Shown piece by piece: positions 30,101 through 40,792 of a DNA stretch of 64,000 nucleotides. Position 1 is the first letter of the stretch. Each line of letters starts with the position of its first letter. The notes beneath the pieces were generated by a model, which saw only the letters and a list, made by a program, of their open reading frames with translations, had not been told where the DNA came from and made no database searches. Origin of the DNA: Picochlorum sp. SENEW3 (lineage: Eukaryota); assembly GCA_034226945.1 (NCBI GenBank), contig CP120460.1:682001-746000 (forward strand). The letters run 5' to 3'. The position numbers were made by a program, and so were the translations under genes.

Positions 30101-31356
30101 GATCCACCCAGGTCCCTAAGCCTCTCTTCAGTAGAACGAATAGCATACTTGACCCCTGTGTGCCGGCCATCCGCCTCCCCTTCAAATGAAATACGCTGCA
30201 TCATGGACCCACTCTCATCCTGACTCACAAACCACACATGATACCCAGATCCGACATATTCTAATGAAGCACTGCTCACACGACCCTTGACACCAGTCAA
30301 CCGAGGACCAGTATCAACATGAATATTCAAGACACCATGCTTTCTATCTTGAATGGTCATTTCGAACAAACACAGGTGACTCTTTGACTCTTCTCCGCCA
30401 ATCACCTCAAACGAAGCAATCAAAAAGTATCCATCATGATGCAAAATATCTTCAGAATGCGTCAGATAAGATGGGATAACCTGCTCAGCTTCATGGGGCG
30501 GCAGCAAGGCAACCTCATGCAACATGTGTTTTGACTGCACATCCCATACCCTCAACGATGCATCACAGTAGAGACAGCATAGTAACAATGTATATTCACC
30601 ATCATCTGTCCGAACAGACACAACATCCATACATGCAATCCCATTCTTATTGTTGTTGCTCGCAGCAGACCCACCACCAAAGAAACTTCCCAAGTAAGAA
30701 CCCATGATATTCCCCAAAAGCCCACTTGGCTGCCCCAAATGCCATACATGTCCAGTAAACTTTCCACGCTGAACATCGACGCATGTAATCGATCCACTTT
30801 GCTTCCCAATACACACCACATCATCTATCAACACGAGAGTTCTAACAGGGACATCATTAGCTTCAAAGTATTGGCTCGACACATTCACAGATCTCCCAAG
30901 AGTAATCAGATGAAGATACTTGTCAACAGTCAGCACCGCCACCAGCACGTCTCCACGACCATCCACCAAGCATCCACACTGAGAAAAAACAGCCACATCA
31001 AACTGTATTCTCCGCGTACAGTTTCTCTGTACGTGCACCACAACCTCGTTGGCAGACCCATCGCACGTCCATGACACTGGAAATGAATCATCTCCCACTA
31101 CATTCACCGCAACACCTCCTCCCATCCCCCGATGAGACAACCAAGAAGCTGTCTCTTCTCCCTCTTCTTCAAGTGCTGTTTCAACAACCTCATCAGATGA
31201 AACTTGACTATACGATGATTTTGACACATAAATAGTGTCTATAAAAATACTTTGGGCTACAGTAGACTCCACAACCAATCCTTCTGGCGCATCTGGCAAG
31301 GGATTCCCAGGATGCTGCTCGCCATCTTGACTCATCTTCCCCTCCATGGCCTCCAT
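27133..31356 (-). CDS. NUP160: Nucleoporin NUP160-like
   Basis: 1407 aa; N-terminal beta-propeller (CDASLRVWD) and helical C-terminus with LYDFYVSRGNFQSAAA, similar to Nup160. Confidence 0.72.
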   Translation of the reverse strand: MEAMEGKMSQDGEQHPGNPLPDAPEGLVVESTVAQSIFIDTIYVSKSSYSQVSSDEVVETALEEEGEETASWLSHRGMGGGVAVNVVGDDSFPVSWTCDGSANEVVVHVQRNCTRRIQFDVAVFSQCGCLVDGRGDVLVAVLTVDKYLHLITLGRSVNVSSQYFEANDVPVRTLVLIDDVVCIGKQSGSITCVDVQRGKFTGHVWHLGQPSGLLGNIMGSYLGSFFGGGSAASNNNKNGIACMDVVSVRTDDGEYTLLLCCLYCDASLRVWDVQSKHMLHEVALLPPHEAEQVIPSYLTHSEDILHHDGYFLIASFEVIGGEESKSHLCLFEMTIQDRKHGVLNIHVDTGPRLTGVKGRVSSASLEYVGSGYHVWFVSQDESGSMMQRISFEGEADGRHTGVKYAIRSTEERLRDLGGSSDLDREMLKMYFDAIGSLLKQGHLINYVLDDVFLPFNVSAAAMKATLQVLGVEYDGQHDIRSCLTSWILDDDTMDPFSRCLRFLDVYLVEYHRQCCPLAIRVIQRHDAEQKAVIVVRRDGKISYLFDADPFESIRHHARMSDSEADLVAEFYAVMNVFASSAAVSMALYALRQGVNLKEELLPVLVKVATGHVRIDAVEFGRKALPVRKVLRNFPVVLNDWEQDLIGPVVDHVIQELKCGVVGEEYEDESFQDNKDAMHAMHSSVHSWASARLDLLIKLGVALEYFSGNTSLWQLDLSHSSKKLDTVFAECFSVLYVHWACMQNVCLQKQVQIPVLRAEEDVLMEGPFSKRAKRESDEEEIYGYEIILSFMNAPSEVRNILDMCSLRNALLGTLGQGSIHLPAALMHSILRNARIVNQDDITESLVHIFNATPFLGGFEMKVFKAFLQLKMCHRVKDSYARNLQEQEALSILLSSDLVCSDFSENSKRLSESLESVCRWIGVSWDTFDALSQEDYLDLVGEILERLGCNESFKNVTLLSARLYERSESSEGVGKSVRAWGKLYSILKEEGHLQEAYVAALSMLDPQRQIDCIRNLVDHYGSTNALISLCTLPLLELRDLGNINVFDQISHALWDKALKEPIDESKAYLALYDFYVSRGNFQSAAAAVLSHCRRMVKESAHGSLEIALSLQKMLTLAEGCLKMVGTADAWLEDSNPLDQETFVREFVSDDAVATTEYTIPKMIDIRSVQKELASVKALVHIASIVPNYEMNKNEKEIFSQLLSLSLYDEAWHLAQSVFSWSDIQEAREKIVFHLSKNATLSGSRGHWRRLKSFINDTGVSNAIQDKMRLAAVEAILVSDTSMGIPPWILEPYLCQYEFLSGKSTPKGKMNDCIGMIRLLLQYGKLELAAKLALELLSPVTTSASSIALPKVGSINLPHDVLSQLLSLLEGAASTYPSLKSLHGVISTALDSANASAAKQTGALENILST

Positions 31357-31572
31357 CTATCACCTCTTCATCATAAGATTTGCTATACTATATATTCATG
31401 CTGTAACAATCCCCTGCCTCCATCCCAAATCTGCTCCACCACATGGACACATGCCGTTCTTAATAATCTTTTTAAGGTTGATTGTTCCTTCCTTATGAGG
31501 AAATGTATACACATACATATGGGTCTCGTGTGCCGTATATATAGACCCAACCATATATAGAAAAAATTAATA

Positions 31573-32400
31573 ATGTCAAATCAGAACAGGTTTGTTGTAA
31601 TTGGAAATCAATAGCCATCCAAAGAAGGAATCAATCAACCCGTGTGTGTTTCTGTGTGTAGGTTACCAGTCGTGCCCACCGTGACGGTGTTGGCCATCAT
31701 GAAGGGTCGGCTTCAGGGAGCATCGAAAGGACATGCTCTATTAAAGAAGAAGGCGGATGCGTTGAATATGCGGTTCCGTCAGATTCTGAAGAAGATTGTC
31801 GAAGCCAAGGAACGAATGGGCGTGGTCATGAAGGAATCTTTCTTCTCTTTGGCACAGGCTCGATATACGAATGGAGATTTTAGACATACGGTTTTAGATA
31901 ATGTGGATCAGGCGACGGTGAAGGTGCAGGCGCATCAGGAGAATGTTGCTGGGGTTGTGATTCCAAAGTTTGAGTGTCACAAGGAAGATGCAGATACAAA
32001 GATTGCATTGATTGGTTTGGGGACTGGGGGTAAGCAGATTCAGGATTGTAGGCAATCGTTTGTGGAAGCAGTCGATTTGTTAGTGGAGCTTGCGAGTCTC
32101 CAGACGGCGTTTGTGACGTTGGATGGGGCAATCAAGACGACAAACAGGCGTGTGAATGCTTTGGAGCATGTGGTGGTGCCGAAACTGGAGAATACAATCT
32201 CGTATATTAAGGGTGAGTTGGATGAGTTGGAGCGTGAGGAGTTTTTTAGATTGAAAAAGGTGCAGGGGAATAAGAAGAAGCATACAGAGGCTGAGGCAGC
32301 GCTGCATGCAAAGCAGGGGGAGCAACTGGCACAGGGAGGAGGGACGAGATCAGTGGTGAATGTTGTGGATGGGGAGAGGGATGAGGATATTATATTTTGA
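31573..32400 (+). CDS. ATP6V1D: V-type H+-ATPase subunit D
   Basis: Exons 31573-31589 and 31662-32400 give [51 protein letters not shown]. Confidence 0.95.
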
Positions 32401-32415
32401 TTGTTCGTTTTAATA

Positions 32416-34026
32416 CAGTAGCCCGAAAAAAGATAACCCAAATTCACCGGGAACACCCTCATGAAGTGGAGGTATTTCATTTTTGTGATCACTCAACGCG
32501 GCACATCTCCCTATCCAGCGAGAATTAGACCCTCTAGTCTCTGAAACAGGCATCTCCAGGCTCCAATCTATCCATCCGTCCCCAGAAATCGACATCCCAT
32601 GAGATGTCAACAATCGCATCCTGTCTGGTTCAGTCAGGCATCACCAGATGTGGTGATGCATCATTAAACCGGCACATCCCTGTATTGATCATTCTTTTAT
32701 TGATTTAAATGGTCTAAAAGTCAAGGTACACTATCTAGATCGCTCATACATAGTTCTGGAGGTGATTTTCTCTGTGCTGTATTTTCAAATTCTGGTGACA
32801 TTTTCAAATGGCATCTGCGAAGATGAGGCGCAGTGAATCTGATTCACGTCGCAAGAATATACATAAAAAGCAAGATAAATCTGGTATAGAAGATTTGAAG
32901 ACTTGGCAGGAATTGTATGATGAGGAAGAGGGAAATGAGACCTGTTTCATGCAAAACAAAGGCACGTGGTCCACCAATGATATTATTGTCCAGTGGTTCA
33001 AAGAGCATTTCATTTCACGTGTTCATGTGGCACAAGCAAAGAGGCAATCACAAGGAGAAATTGTATCCAATAAATATGTCGTTATCCTCGATGGCGTGAG
33101 CACCTACTGTCTCACGACTTCTTGGATAACAGAGCTTCAGGGACATGATCCTGATCTGATTTTACTTCGGCTTCCTCCCAATATGGGTGATCAACAATCC
33201 GTGGATGTCAATTTCAATAGACCTTTGAAATCCAAATTCAGATCTATATAGACAAGTTAGAAAAGAAGAGGAGGGATGTAGATGAGTCCAACCCACTGGT
33301 GGACAATACTTCAAGGGAAAATCCAGCTGCTTATAAATTGAAGGCTGTTGTGATCGAGGGGGTCATAAATACATACAAGGTAGTTCCAGAAATACAAAGT
33401 GAAAAAGGATGGACAAAGGCTGGCAACTATGTATACGAGGATAATGACAAGCCTCATGATGGTTCTGGCTATTACTTAGCATGGGCACAGATACCCAAAT
33501 TGATGCTAAAACTCGATATGCCGCAGGAACATTGTTTCACCAAGGTATGAGTGGTGGTATATCGGACATTATAGGAAATTTACAATTCATTCCCGAGGCT
33601 GGAAGGAAGAAGAAACAGACCAAAGAGAAAGGTACAGACCTGGATCCTGAAGATATGGAGGAAAGCGTTGAAGAGATTGAGGCACCCACTCAACAGTTTT
33701 CAGAATATGGTACCTCGGACTGTCCAGATGAATTTGTTGACGAAGAGACCGCTGAAGGTATGATAGTTGACTTCATTTCTGATTGAAGCACTTGACTGGT
33801 GGGGGGTTGGTGGGCCCATATGGCATCTCACACCCAATGACGGCCCCATATCGACTCGAAATCACTGAAATCGATGTAAGATTCCATTGTATGACTTCTA
33901 CTAGGTCTACCTCGTTAAGAAACCTACGATTTGATGCAAATAAACGAATTTTGTGATTTGGGTTATTTCATTTTGGACCACCGGCACCAACAATTAAAAC
34001 CAGAGGTATCTTTTTTCGGGCTACTG
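32416..34026 (+). mobile_element. pogo/Tc1-mariner superfamily DNA transposon (1611 bp, defective)
   Basis: Perfect 20-bp TIRs CAGTAGCCCGAAAAAAGATA (32416-32435; reverse complement at 34007-34026), flanked by TA on both sides (32414-15, 34027-28); internal DDE_1-like remnant. Confidence 0.92.
32808..33786 (+). pseudogene. Fragmented DDE_1 (pogo/CENP-B-like) transposase
   Basis: 'KGTWSTNDIIVQWFKEHF...VILDG...LRLPPN...QSVDVNFNRPLKSKFR' matches the DDE_1 C-terminal core. Stop at 33251 followed by short broken ORFs; no HTH or first catalytic D visible. Confidence 0.75.
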
Positions 34027-34081
34027 TAAAACAAGAATTAGATATAATGTGATTGGGAAAAGACAATCAAAATACAATGAA

Positions 34082-36163
34082 TTATGATGCAACAGGTTCT
34101 GGTGCGAGTTCTGGATGCCTCACGAGTTCATTTCTTCGGTCATACGTTCCGTGGCCGGAGCGAGCGACGCTCTTGTGTTCAAATTTGACGTGGACACGCA
34201 CGTCATTGATGGTAATCTCATCACCCGGCCTCAATGGCACAGGGCTATGGCATGAGACTGTTCTTCCATCTCTGAGGACAGTTGTGGATTGGGAAAGATT
34301 GCTGATACAATAGCTTCCGTCTTTTCTCTGAATTGTAAAGTGTCTAGCGTTCCCGTCTGCAACTGTGTTGATGCTGGACTCGGTACATGCGAGGTGAAGA
34401 AGAAGGTTGCTGTCTTCATCTGGGAGGTGGAATTGAGTTGCATCGTTCTGGGTTGTGAGGTACCAATCAGCATTCGCCGCGCGAAGGAGTTCATCATCGT
34501 CCCTCATGAATGTAGGAAACTGAGATTCATCGAATCCAAGGGGTTTGTCTTCGATTCTGCACAGAGGGGCCCTTCCAGACATACGAAGGACTGATTGGTA
34601 TCCTGTCAACACCCAGTCAAGGACAGCAGGCATGGTCAATTTCAAAACAAGCTGTCCTGAAACCCTTCCAGGATGAGGAATTTTCAATTTTGTCATCCAT
34701 TCCAAGGGACCTAATCCTTCTCCGAGATATGCCTTGTATGTCGAGGCCATGAAAGCAGCCATTCCTGCCATTCCATGAATGGCAGCAGCCCTCACCAGTC
34801 TCTTCCTAAAGTATCCCTTCAGTACCTTGTCTAGGTCGGGATTCGTCTCGTCTCGCTTCAATTCCTCTTGGATATCAACTGACAGTTGGAAAGCATCTTC
34901 AATCGCCATACAACCTCCCTGGCCCAAGTTTGGCTGCATTGCATGAGCACTGTCCCCAAGCAGTGCCACTCTCCCATCTGTCCATTTGAATATAGGTGGA
35001 CGGTCATAAATGTCTCGTCGCAGAACATCATCCTCTGGGGTGGCTTCAATAAGATCCGTGACCATATCACTCCAGTCTCCAAAGATGGTCATCAGCCTCT
35101 CCTTGCGCTTCCCTGGCATGTCATCTCCACCAGCAGGTTCTCTATGGAACCCATACCATTGCATCTTTCCGCCACCAACATCACTACTCACGAAATATTG
35201 TTCATGACCTAAGAACACCCTGTATCCAACTGTATCGATATCTGGCGGCGTGAAATCCGATATTCCAGTGTAACATGTATACCGTGAATAGTTTGCTTCC
35301 GTATGCCCAATCATCTTGTGACGAATCTTTGACCAAATCCCATCGGAACCAACCAAAAGGTCCCCACGATACTCAGTTCCATCTTCACAAATTGCAACCA
35401 CAGTCTTTTTCCCCGAATCCCTATCCACTTCCTGCCTGTAATCCACCACATGTACACCATTCTCAATCACAGCCTCCCCTCCCAGAGACATCACCCTCTC
35501 CGCCAAAATCTCCTGAAGAACTTGCCGACTAATCACTCGTGTCACAGGAAGACCTTTATTCACCGCAGGGTGGAAGGTATCAAACTTGCAGTACCACTCT
35601 CCTGACACACCATCACACAATCCATTCACCCGATCCCCAGTAATACAACCATAGTTGAGCACTTGCTCTGCTGCCTCGTCATCCAATGCCTGCAGAGCAG
35701 CCAACGCATTACTCTGCACCTGAATAGGCCCTCTGTATTTCCCTTCTCCACGAATAGCAGTCAAGTCTCTTTCCAACACCTTGACAGAAATTCCCTGCTT
35801 GAGCAAGCCAATCGCAAGAACCAGACCACCAATACCTCCTCCCGCAATAACAACGCGCATCTGAGATATTTCTGAAGAATGATTTGGCTGATGTGATGGA
35901 AGAGTCCCATCCCTCTCTGCCGTGATAGCACGTCGTGCTACCCTCTGGCGAGATACAGGTGTTGGAACGTCACTACCATGCGCGGCCCCGAGACCCTTCC
36001 CGTTTCCAAAATAATCATTATGTTTTTTAAGATTCGTTGCATCCATTGCATGGACTCTACGGCCTCCCTGCAGCCTTGTGCCACTTGGGACACGTGTTCC
36101 AGATAGGGATATCGTAGATATCGTAGACTGTTGTCCACAGGACAACCATCGTGGTTGAACCAT
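34082..36163 (-). CDS. ZEP: Zeaxanthin epoxidase, chloroplastic
   Basis: IAGGGIGGL, AIRGEGKYRGPIQVQSNALAAL, GDSAHAMQPNLGQGGCMAIED, C-terminal FHA-like domain, transit peptide. Confidence 0.96.
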   Translation of the reverse strand: MVQPRWLSCGQQSTISTISLSGTRVPSGTRLQGGRRVHAMDATNLKKHNDYFGNGKGLGAAHGSDVPTPVSRQRVARRAITAERDGTLPSHQPNHSSEISQMRVVIAGGGIGGLVLAIGLLKQGISVKVLERDLTAIRGEGKYRGPIQVQSNALAALQALDDEAAEQVLNYGCITGDRVNGLCDGVSGEWYCKFDTFHPAVNKGLPVTRVISRQVLQEILAERVMSLGGEAVIENGVHVVDYRQEVDRDSGKKTVVAICEDGTEYRGDLLVGSDGIWSKIRHKMIGHTEANYSRYTCYTGISDFTPPDIDTVGYRVFLGHEQYFVSSDVGGGKMQWYGFHREPAGGDDMPGKRKERLMTIFGDWSDMVTDLIEATPEDDVLRRDIYDRPPIFKWTDGRVALLGDSAHAMQPNLGQGGCMAIEDAFQLSVDIQEELKRDETNPDLDKVLKGYFRKRLVRAAAIHGMAGMAAFMASTYKAYLGEGLGPLEWMTKLKIPHPGRVSGQLVLKLTMPAVLDWVLTGYQSVLRMSGRAPLCRIEDKPLGFDESQFPTFMRDDDELLRAANADWYLTTQNDATQFHLPDEDSNLLLHLACTESSINTVADGNARHFTIQRKDGSYCISNLSQSTTVLRDGRTVSCHSPVPLRPGDEITINDVRVHVKFEHKSVARSGHGTYDRRNELVRHPELAPEPVAS

Positions 36164-37135
36164 ACCGTCGTATTATAGACTTGCTAAGGAAAAAATTGAG
36201 TAAAGTATGGCAACTGACGACAGACAGCGTCTAATTTGTGCATGCTGAACGAATCCAATATGCTCTCCTTCTATCGAATGGATGCGTTGATGGGAGACTG
36301 CTTGTTCCTGGTGGATGATTCAATCCAATATACCTCCATCTACCATGCACCTCTATGGAATGGTTGTTTGATACATCCATATACGTAAAAGCAGCTCTCA
36401 GCCTGACCAAACCCATCATCCGATGGTACATGTGTATGTGTATAACACGGGTGTCGTATCATAGTGTCTCCTTCTTGTAAGCACACCATCAGGCAACAAT
36501 ACGTCCTTGCCCGGGAAACTTCTCGGCTGATATCTCCCTATGGACATTGAGTTGAGTCGCACTATGTACACATGCATGCTGCTACTCCCAGAAGGAGGGC
36601 AACCATGTGCCAGAGCGCTCTGGCCAACCTATGCAGTGGCCATCCTCATCATGCCACGAGGGTGTCCAATATTATTACACAGGTATACCATGATTTGGTA
36701 TGAATCACATGCCAGGAGGATAATACCATTGGGCAACTGGTACAGGGTGGAAAAGAAAATGACACCGTAATGTCCTTATTATTGTGACCCTATTTGGTTG
36801 AGGCGGCAACCGCAGTAATACTACCACAGTAGACCAAATGCTCCCGCCCCAACCTTGTGGATTGCCTCGTTACACTTTCATGAATGATATACTATGAAAC
36901 ATATCAATGAAGGGAATGATTGTATGGCGTGGCTTTGAGAAAAATGCAGTCGACCTTGAGAAGCGTTATGTCACGTACGGGCCCTATCAAAAATAAATTT
37001 GATGGGTGATATAATCACAAGTCCTTATTACGGTCCTTATTACGTCGACAAATGGAGAGGTGCTCCGACGGCAGGCCTAGAATAATTTCCGATACATTGT
37101 TTTCTGCAAAAATAATTGTTTCACTATGATATAGT

Positions 37136-38431
37136 ATGTTTAAAGCAGTTCCACGGGAGTACATAATGGATTCTATTCCTGACGGACATAACGCTGCTCA
37201 ACTCATCGAGTTGATGCGACTGCTTGCCTCCATGTCGCAGCCAGGAGGAACCCAAACACCACCGACTGATACTATCCATTCTGTAAAAGAGATGGTTGAT
37301 TCTCTGTACAAGCAGGAGAAAAAAAAGTGTCAGGAAATAACAACGGAGATCCGCGAGCCAGGTTCTGACACCCATAGCAGTCGCCGCGCGACTGATATCT
37401 CGGAGAATGAAGCTTTTGGAGGTCAACAACTTTCAAATAATGAACGCTTGGATCGGCAGAGAGTTTTGGGTAGGCTCCGCCAGAGAAAGCACCAGGCCAA
37501 GAGGAGGGAAATAAAGCAGGAGGTTGACAGAAAACTGGCAGAGCTGCATACGTTGCAAAAACTCAACCGCGGGTTGAAGAAGAAGGCCAGAGGTCTGGTC
37601 TCCATAATGGTGGTTGCCGAGGAAGGATTCTGTTTGCTGAAAGATACGAGCGCCTCATCAGGAGACACGGTTGCACCAAAGAAGCATGTTCAGGACCATA
37701 TGGAGACAGTTCAAGACTGGGTCCACAATCAAGCGAAAACGATGGATGCATGCATGTTTATTATCCAATGCAAAAATTTGTTTGCAGAACCAGAACGTAT
37801 CATAGTACCGAGAGAATGTATGGATTGGAATATCTATCAGAACATCTTGGGAAACTTGGCAGATGCATTAGTGGATGCACTGGTTCAGTCTGGAATTCAT
37901 CTTGATACTCTGCTCCATAGTGTCTCGCTAGACAGGGTATCCTTGACACGTGGAAATGATGCAGTATTGGAAATCACGCGGCGTATTGTCATCCTGACAA
38001 TGCTGTATCTGGCTTCTCCTGGAGGCAGCCTTCACAGGATGGCAGAGACACCTGTAGCTCTGTCCTATTCCCACGGAATGATTGCACACATGTGCTGTTT
38101 GAAAGAAACTCAAGCAAGACGTATAGGTAACCATTTCAATCGCATGGCCATGGAGCATGCGAACTCGTTTGCAGATATGCTTGGTGTGTTGGAAAACCTG
38201 CCACCAGCAGTCCCCAACAATATGGCCCCAGCACCATTCGCAGCACAAATGAGTATTAATTTGTTGACCGCCCAAACTGCAGTAGTGAATATTGAAAAGA
38301 GAATACGAGATGCGAGCATCCAATATATTACAGACACAGCAGCCGAACTTGAGCCCATGCAGCTGGCAGTTCTCCTTGCTGCTGGTGGGGGCTTTGCTGC
38401 TGTGTCTCATGTGGCAGCAGCATTGTCTTAA
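37136..38431 (+). CDS. Uncharacterised protein with an atypical bZIP-like basic region and zipper
   Basis: RLDRQRVLGRLRQRKHQAKRREIKQEVDRKLAELHTLQKLNRGLKKK; 431-aa uninterrupted ORF. Confidence 0.5.
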   Translation: MFKAVPREYIMDSIPDGHNAAQLIELMRLLASMSQPGGTQTPPTDTIHSVKEMVDSLYKQEKKKCQEITTEIREPGSDTHSSRRATDISENEAFGGQQLSNNERLDRQRVLGRLRQRKHQAKRREIKQEVDRKLAELHTLQKLNRGLKKKARGLVSIMVVAEEGFCLLKDTSASSGDTVAPKKHVQDHMETVQDWVHNQAKTMDACMFIIQCKNLFAEPERIIVPRECMDWNIYQNILGNLADALVDALVQSGIHLDTLLHSVSLDRVSLTRGNDAVLEITRRIVILTMLYLASPGGSLHRMAETPVALSYSHGMIAHMCCLKETQARRIGNHFNRMAMEHANSFADMLGVLENLPPAVPNNMAPAPFAAQMSINLLTAQTAVVNIEKRIRDASIQYITDTAAELEPMQLAVLLAAGGGFAAVSHVAAALS

Positions 38432-38613
38432 GATAAGAGCGATACAAATATCATTGAAAAATAGTGGGTATTCCTTCCAGTACCTTTCAGTCAGAGCATA
38501 CGGAAACGTGTGCAGAACCTCAGACACACATTCTCAATTCTGCTACGACACAGAGATGTCCTTTTTGTTTTTTTCTTCAACTGTCTCAAGCAACATATTA
38601 GTTTTGAATACCT

Positions 38614-38648
38614 TACTACTACTACTACTACTTCGAGTACTACTACTA
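38614..38648. repeat. Interrupted (TAC)n microsatellite
   Basis: tactactactactactacttcgagtactactacta. Confidence 0.7.
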
Positions 38649-38935
38649 GATGTAATACGTCTACCATCCATATGGACATATATATAGTATCTTGCTCGTG
38701 AACTGTGTATCTAAAATTGACTGTGGTAGTTCTTGACAGGTGAAAGCTTTCTGCAGCACAGATCTGAGATCTCAGACCTGAGAAGATCTGCCTTCTGCAT
38801 TGAGATGCACCAATCCCCTTCCCATACAGTAGTACATGATTTTGGTATATATTGTTCTTTACATGCACTCGAAAGCAATACATTCGTCCTGTTTGAAGTA
38901 GCATCGGATTGTGTAGAACCCAACAAACAGGCAAG

Positions 38936-39901
38936 ATGATCCAGTCTACGGAAGGCACCGACGGCTTCTTGGATCTCACCAATTCACATTTACATGAACT
39001 TGAGGGACAGGTAGTTGTACCAGAAGATACGGTGCATGTCGATTTGACAGCGAACAGACTGAGCAGAATTGAATCGTGCATTCTCAACTTGCCCAAACTG
39101 GAGACGCTCTCACTTCGACAGAATATCCTCAAGGATGCTTCATCTATATCCATGTTGAAAAATGCGAAGAATGTGTCGAGATTGGAGCTGAGAGACAACC
39201 AGCTTGCGAGCATTCCGAACTTGGATCGTTTTCACTCTCTCGAGTACTTGGAACTGTCATATAATCATATTTCACGGATGGATCCGCTCGGGGTGTTGCC
39301 ATGTGCCGACTCCCTGAGGGAACTATATGTAGCAAATAACCAGATTAGGAGTATTGAGGGGATTTCGCATTTGATAGGGCTCAAAATCTTGGAATTGGGG
39401 AGCAATAAAATAAAGAGCATGGAGGGCCTAGCAACAATAACACAGCTCGAGTCGCTGTGGCTGGGTTCAAATAGAATCGAGGCGATTGAATTTCTTGAGC
39501 ATATGCATATGCTGAAGCAATTGTCTGTACAGAGCAATAGGCTGACGGGCATGTGTGGGTTGGAGGCATGTGTTGCACTGGAGGAGTTGTATTTGAGTGA
39601 TAACGGGATTACAGAACTATCTGGTCTGGAATGCCTACCAAATCTAAAGGTTTTAGATATATCTTCTAATAGATTGAAAAATATAGCAGGCATTCGACAT
39701 CTGCAATGCGTCACAGATGTATGGGCAAATAACAATTGTGTTGAGGACCTGGACCTGGTGGAAGATGAGCTCCGTCATGTAGCAGGTACACTGCAGGTTT
39801 TGTATCTTGGAGGAAACCCTTGCTCGGAGTCGACTCATTATAAGCTCCGGATGCTTGCATGCCTTCCAAAATTAGAGCAGTTGGACGATAACATGGTTTG
39901 A
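38936..39901 (+). CDS. SDS22/PPP1R7-like leucine-rich-repeat protein; start uncertain
   Basis: About 11 SDS22-type LRRs (LELGSNKI, LWLGSNRI, LSVQSNRL, LYLSDNGI) and LRR cap GNPC...YKLRMLACLPKLEQLD. Confidence 0.85.
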   Translation: MIQSTEGTDGFLDLTNSHLHELEGQVVVPEDTVHVDLTANRLSRIESCILNLPKLETLSLRQNILKDASSISMLKNAKNVSRLELRDNQLASIPNLDRFHSLEYLELSYNHISRMDPLGVLPCADSLRELYVANNQIRSIEGISHLIGLKILELGSNKIKSMEGLATITQLESLWLGSNRIEAIEFLEHMHMLKQLSVQSNRLTGMCGLEACVALEELYLSDNGITELSGLECLPNLKVLDISSNRLKNIAGIRHLQCVTDVWANNNCVEDLDLVEDELRHVAGTLQVLYLGGNPCSESTHYKLRMLACLPKLEQLDDNMV

Positions 39902-39949
39902 TGGGCTTTGGTACATGTAGTTTTTTTCCTAGCACATGCATTGCAAAGG

Positions 39950-40792
39950 TTATGAGGGGGGAATGCTCACCCGAATGAGCTCGACTTCGTATGTAAGATT
40001 TGCCCCCGGTGGAACAATGCCTTGTTTCTCTGGGACATGTAGGGTTGGCTTGAGGGATATTCCTTCATCACCAAACCCATAATCTGAAGGCACTGTGACA
40101 TGTCTTTTACCCCCAGCCTGCATTGATTCCAGGGCCATTTCCAACCCCAAGCACATTCCAGCAGTAAATGGTCTACCTTTATATAAAAACACAATCGGCT
40201 TTCCCGTATCCGATGTATCCACAAAGAGAGAACCATTGGCATAGCCCTTCATATGAAGCACAACCAGGTCCCCCCGCATGGGTCGTGCACCTCCGCCTCT
40301 CACAATATCATAGTATGTAATACCTGTTCCTGGTATTTGCTCTACCACTCGATCAGCTTCGGATACATTCCTAGTATTCTTCTCCTCACTTGCAACCTCC
40401 AAGCGAGTCTTGATTTGTTCACCCACAACACCAAGTGAAAGAAAGGCAATCCAAGCAAGACCTCCGGCTAATCCAAACCGTCGTGTTAAAGCAGATGCAA
40501 TGGCATCTGTTGAATCTGGAGATCTCCTTCGAGTCCGGCTAGAGGTTGTTGTTGTTCTCATGACTGGGTCTTTGTTGCTCTCTTCTTCCTGCTTTTCTTC
40601 TTCTTCTGCGTCTCCGCCGGCATCACTAGGACTGCTCTTGCAGATCCACAAATTTCTATGAAATCTGAACTCATTTTTTGTATTTCTAGACTCTATAATA
40701 CGAATCTTTCTGCTCCCTGATGCCGATCGAGGCTGTCTAAACTTCTCTACAGACAAGACCAACGACGAAGAGCGCGTGTATGACGCGTGCAT
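39950..40792 (-). CDS. Thylakoid FKBP-type PPIase (FKBP17-like)
   Basis: Transit peptide; TRRFGLAGGLAW...GVVGEQIKTRLE; FKBP domain GLEMALESMQAGGKR...VPPGANLTYEVEL. Confidence 0.88.
   Translation of the reverse strand: MHASYTRSSSLVLSVEKFRQPRSASGSRKIRIIESRNTKNEFRFHRNLWICKSSPSDAGGDAEEEEKQEEESNKDPVMRTTTTSSRTRRRSPDSTDAIASALTRRFGLAGGLAWIAFLSLGVVGEQIKTRLEVASEEKNTRNVSEADRVVEQIPGTGITYYDIVRGGGARPMRGDLVVLHMKGYANGSLFVDTSDTGKPIVFLYKGRPFTAGMCLGLEMALESMQAGGKRHVTVPSDYGFGDEGISLKPTLHVPEKQGIVPPGANLTYEVELIRVSIPPS

Noticed and set aside
38491..39213. 240-aa minus-strand ORF and many similar antisense ORFs
   Set aside because: Shadow frames of real genes with no protein-family signature.
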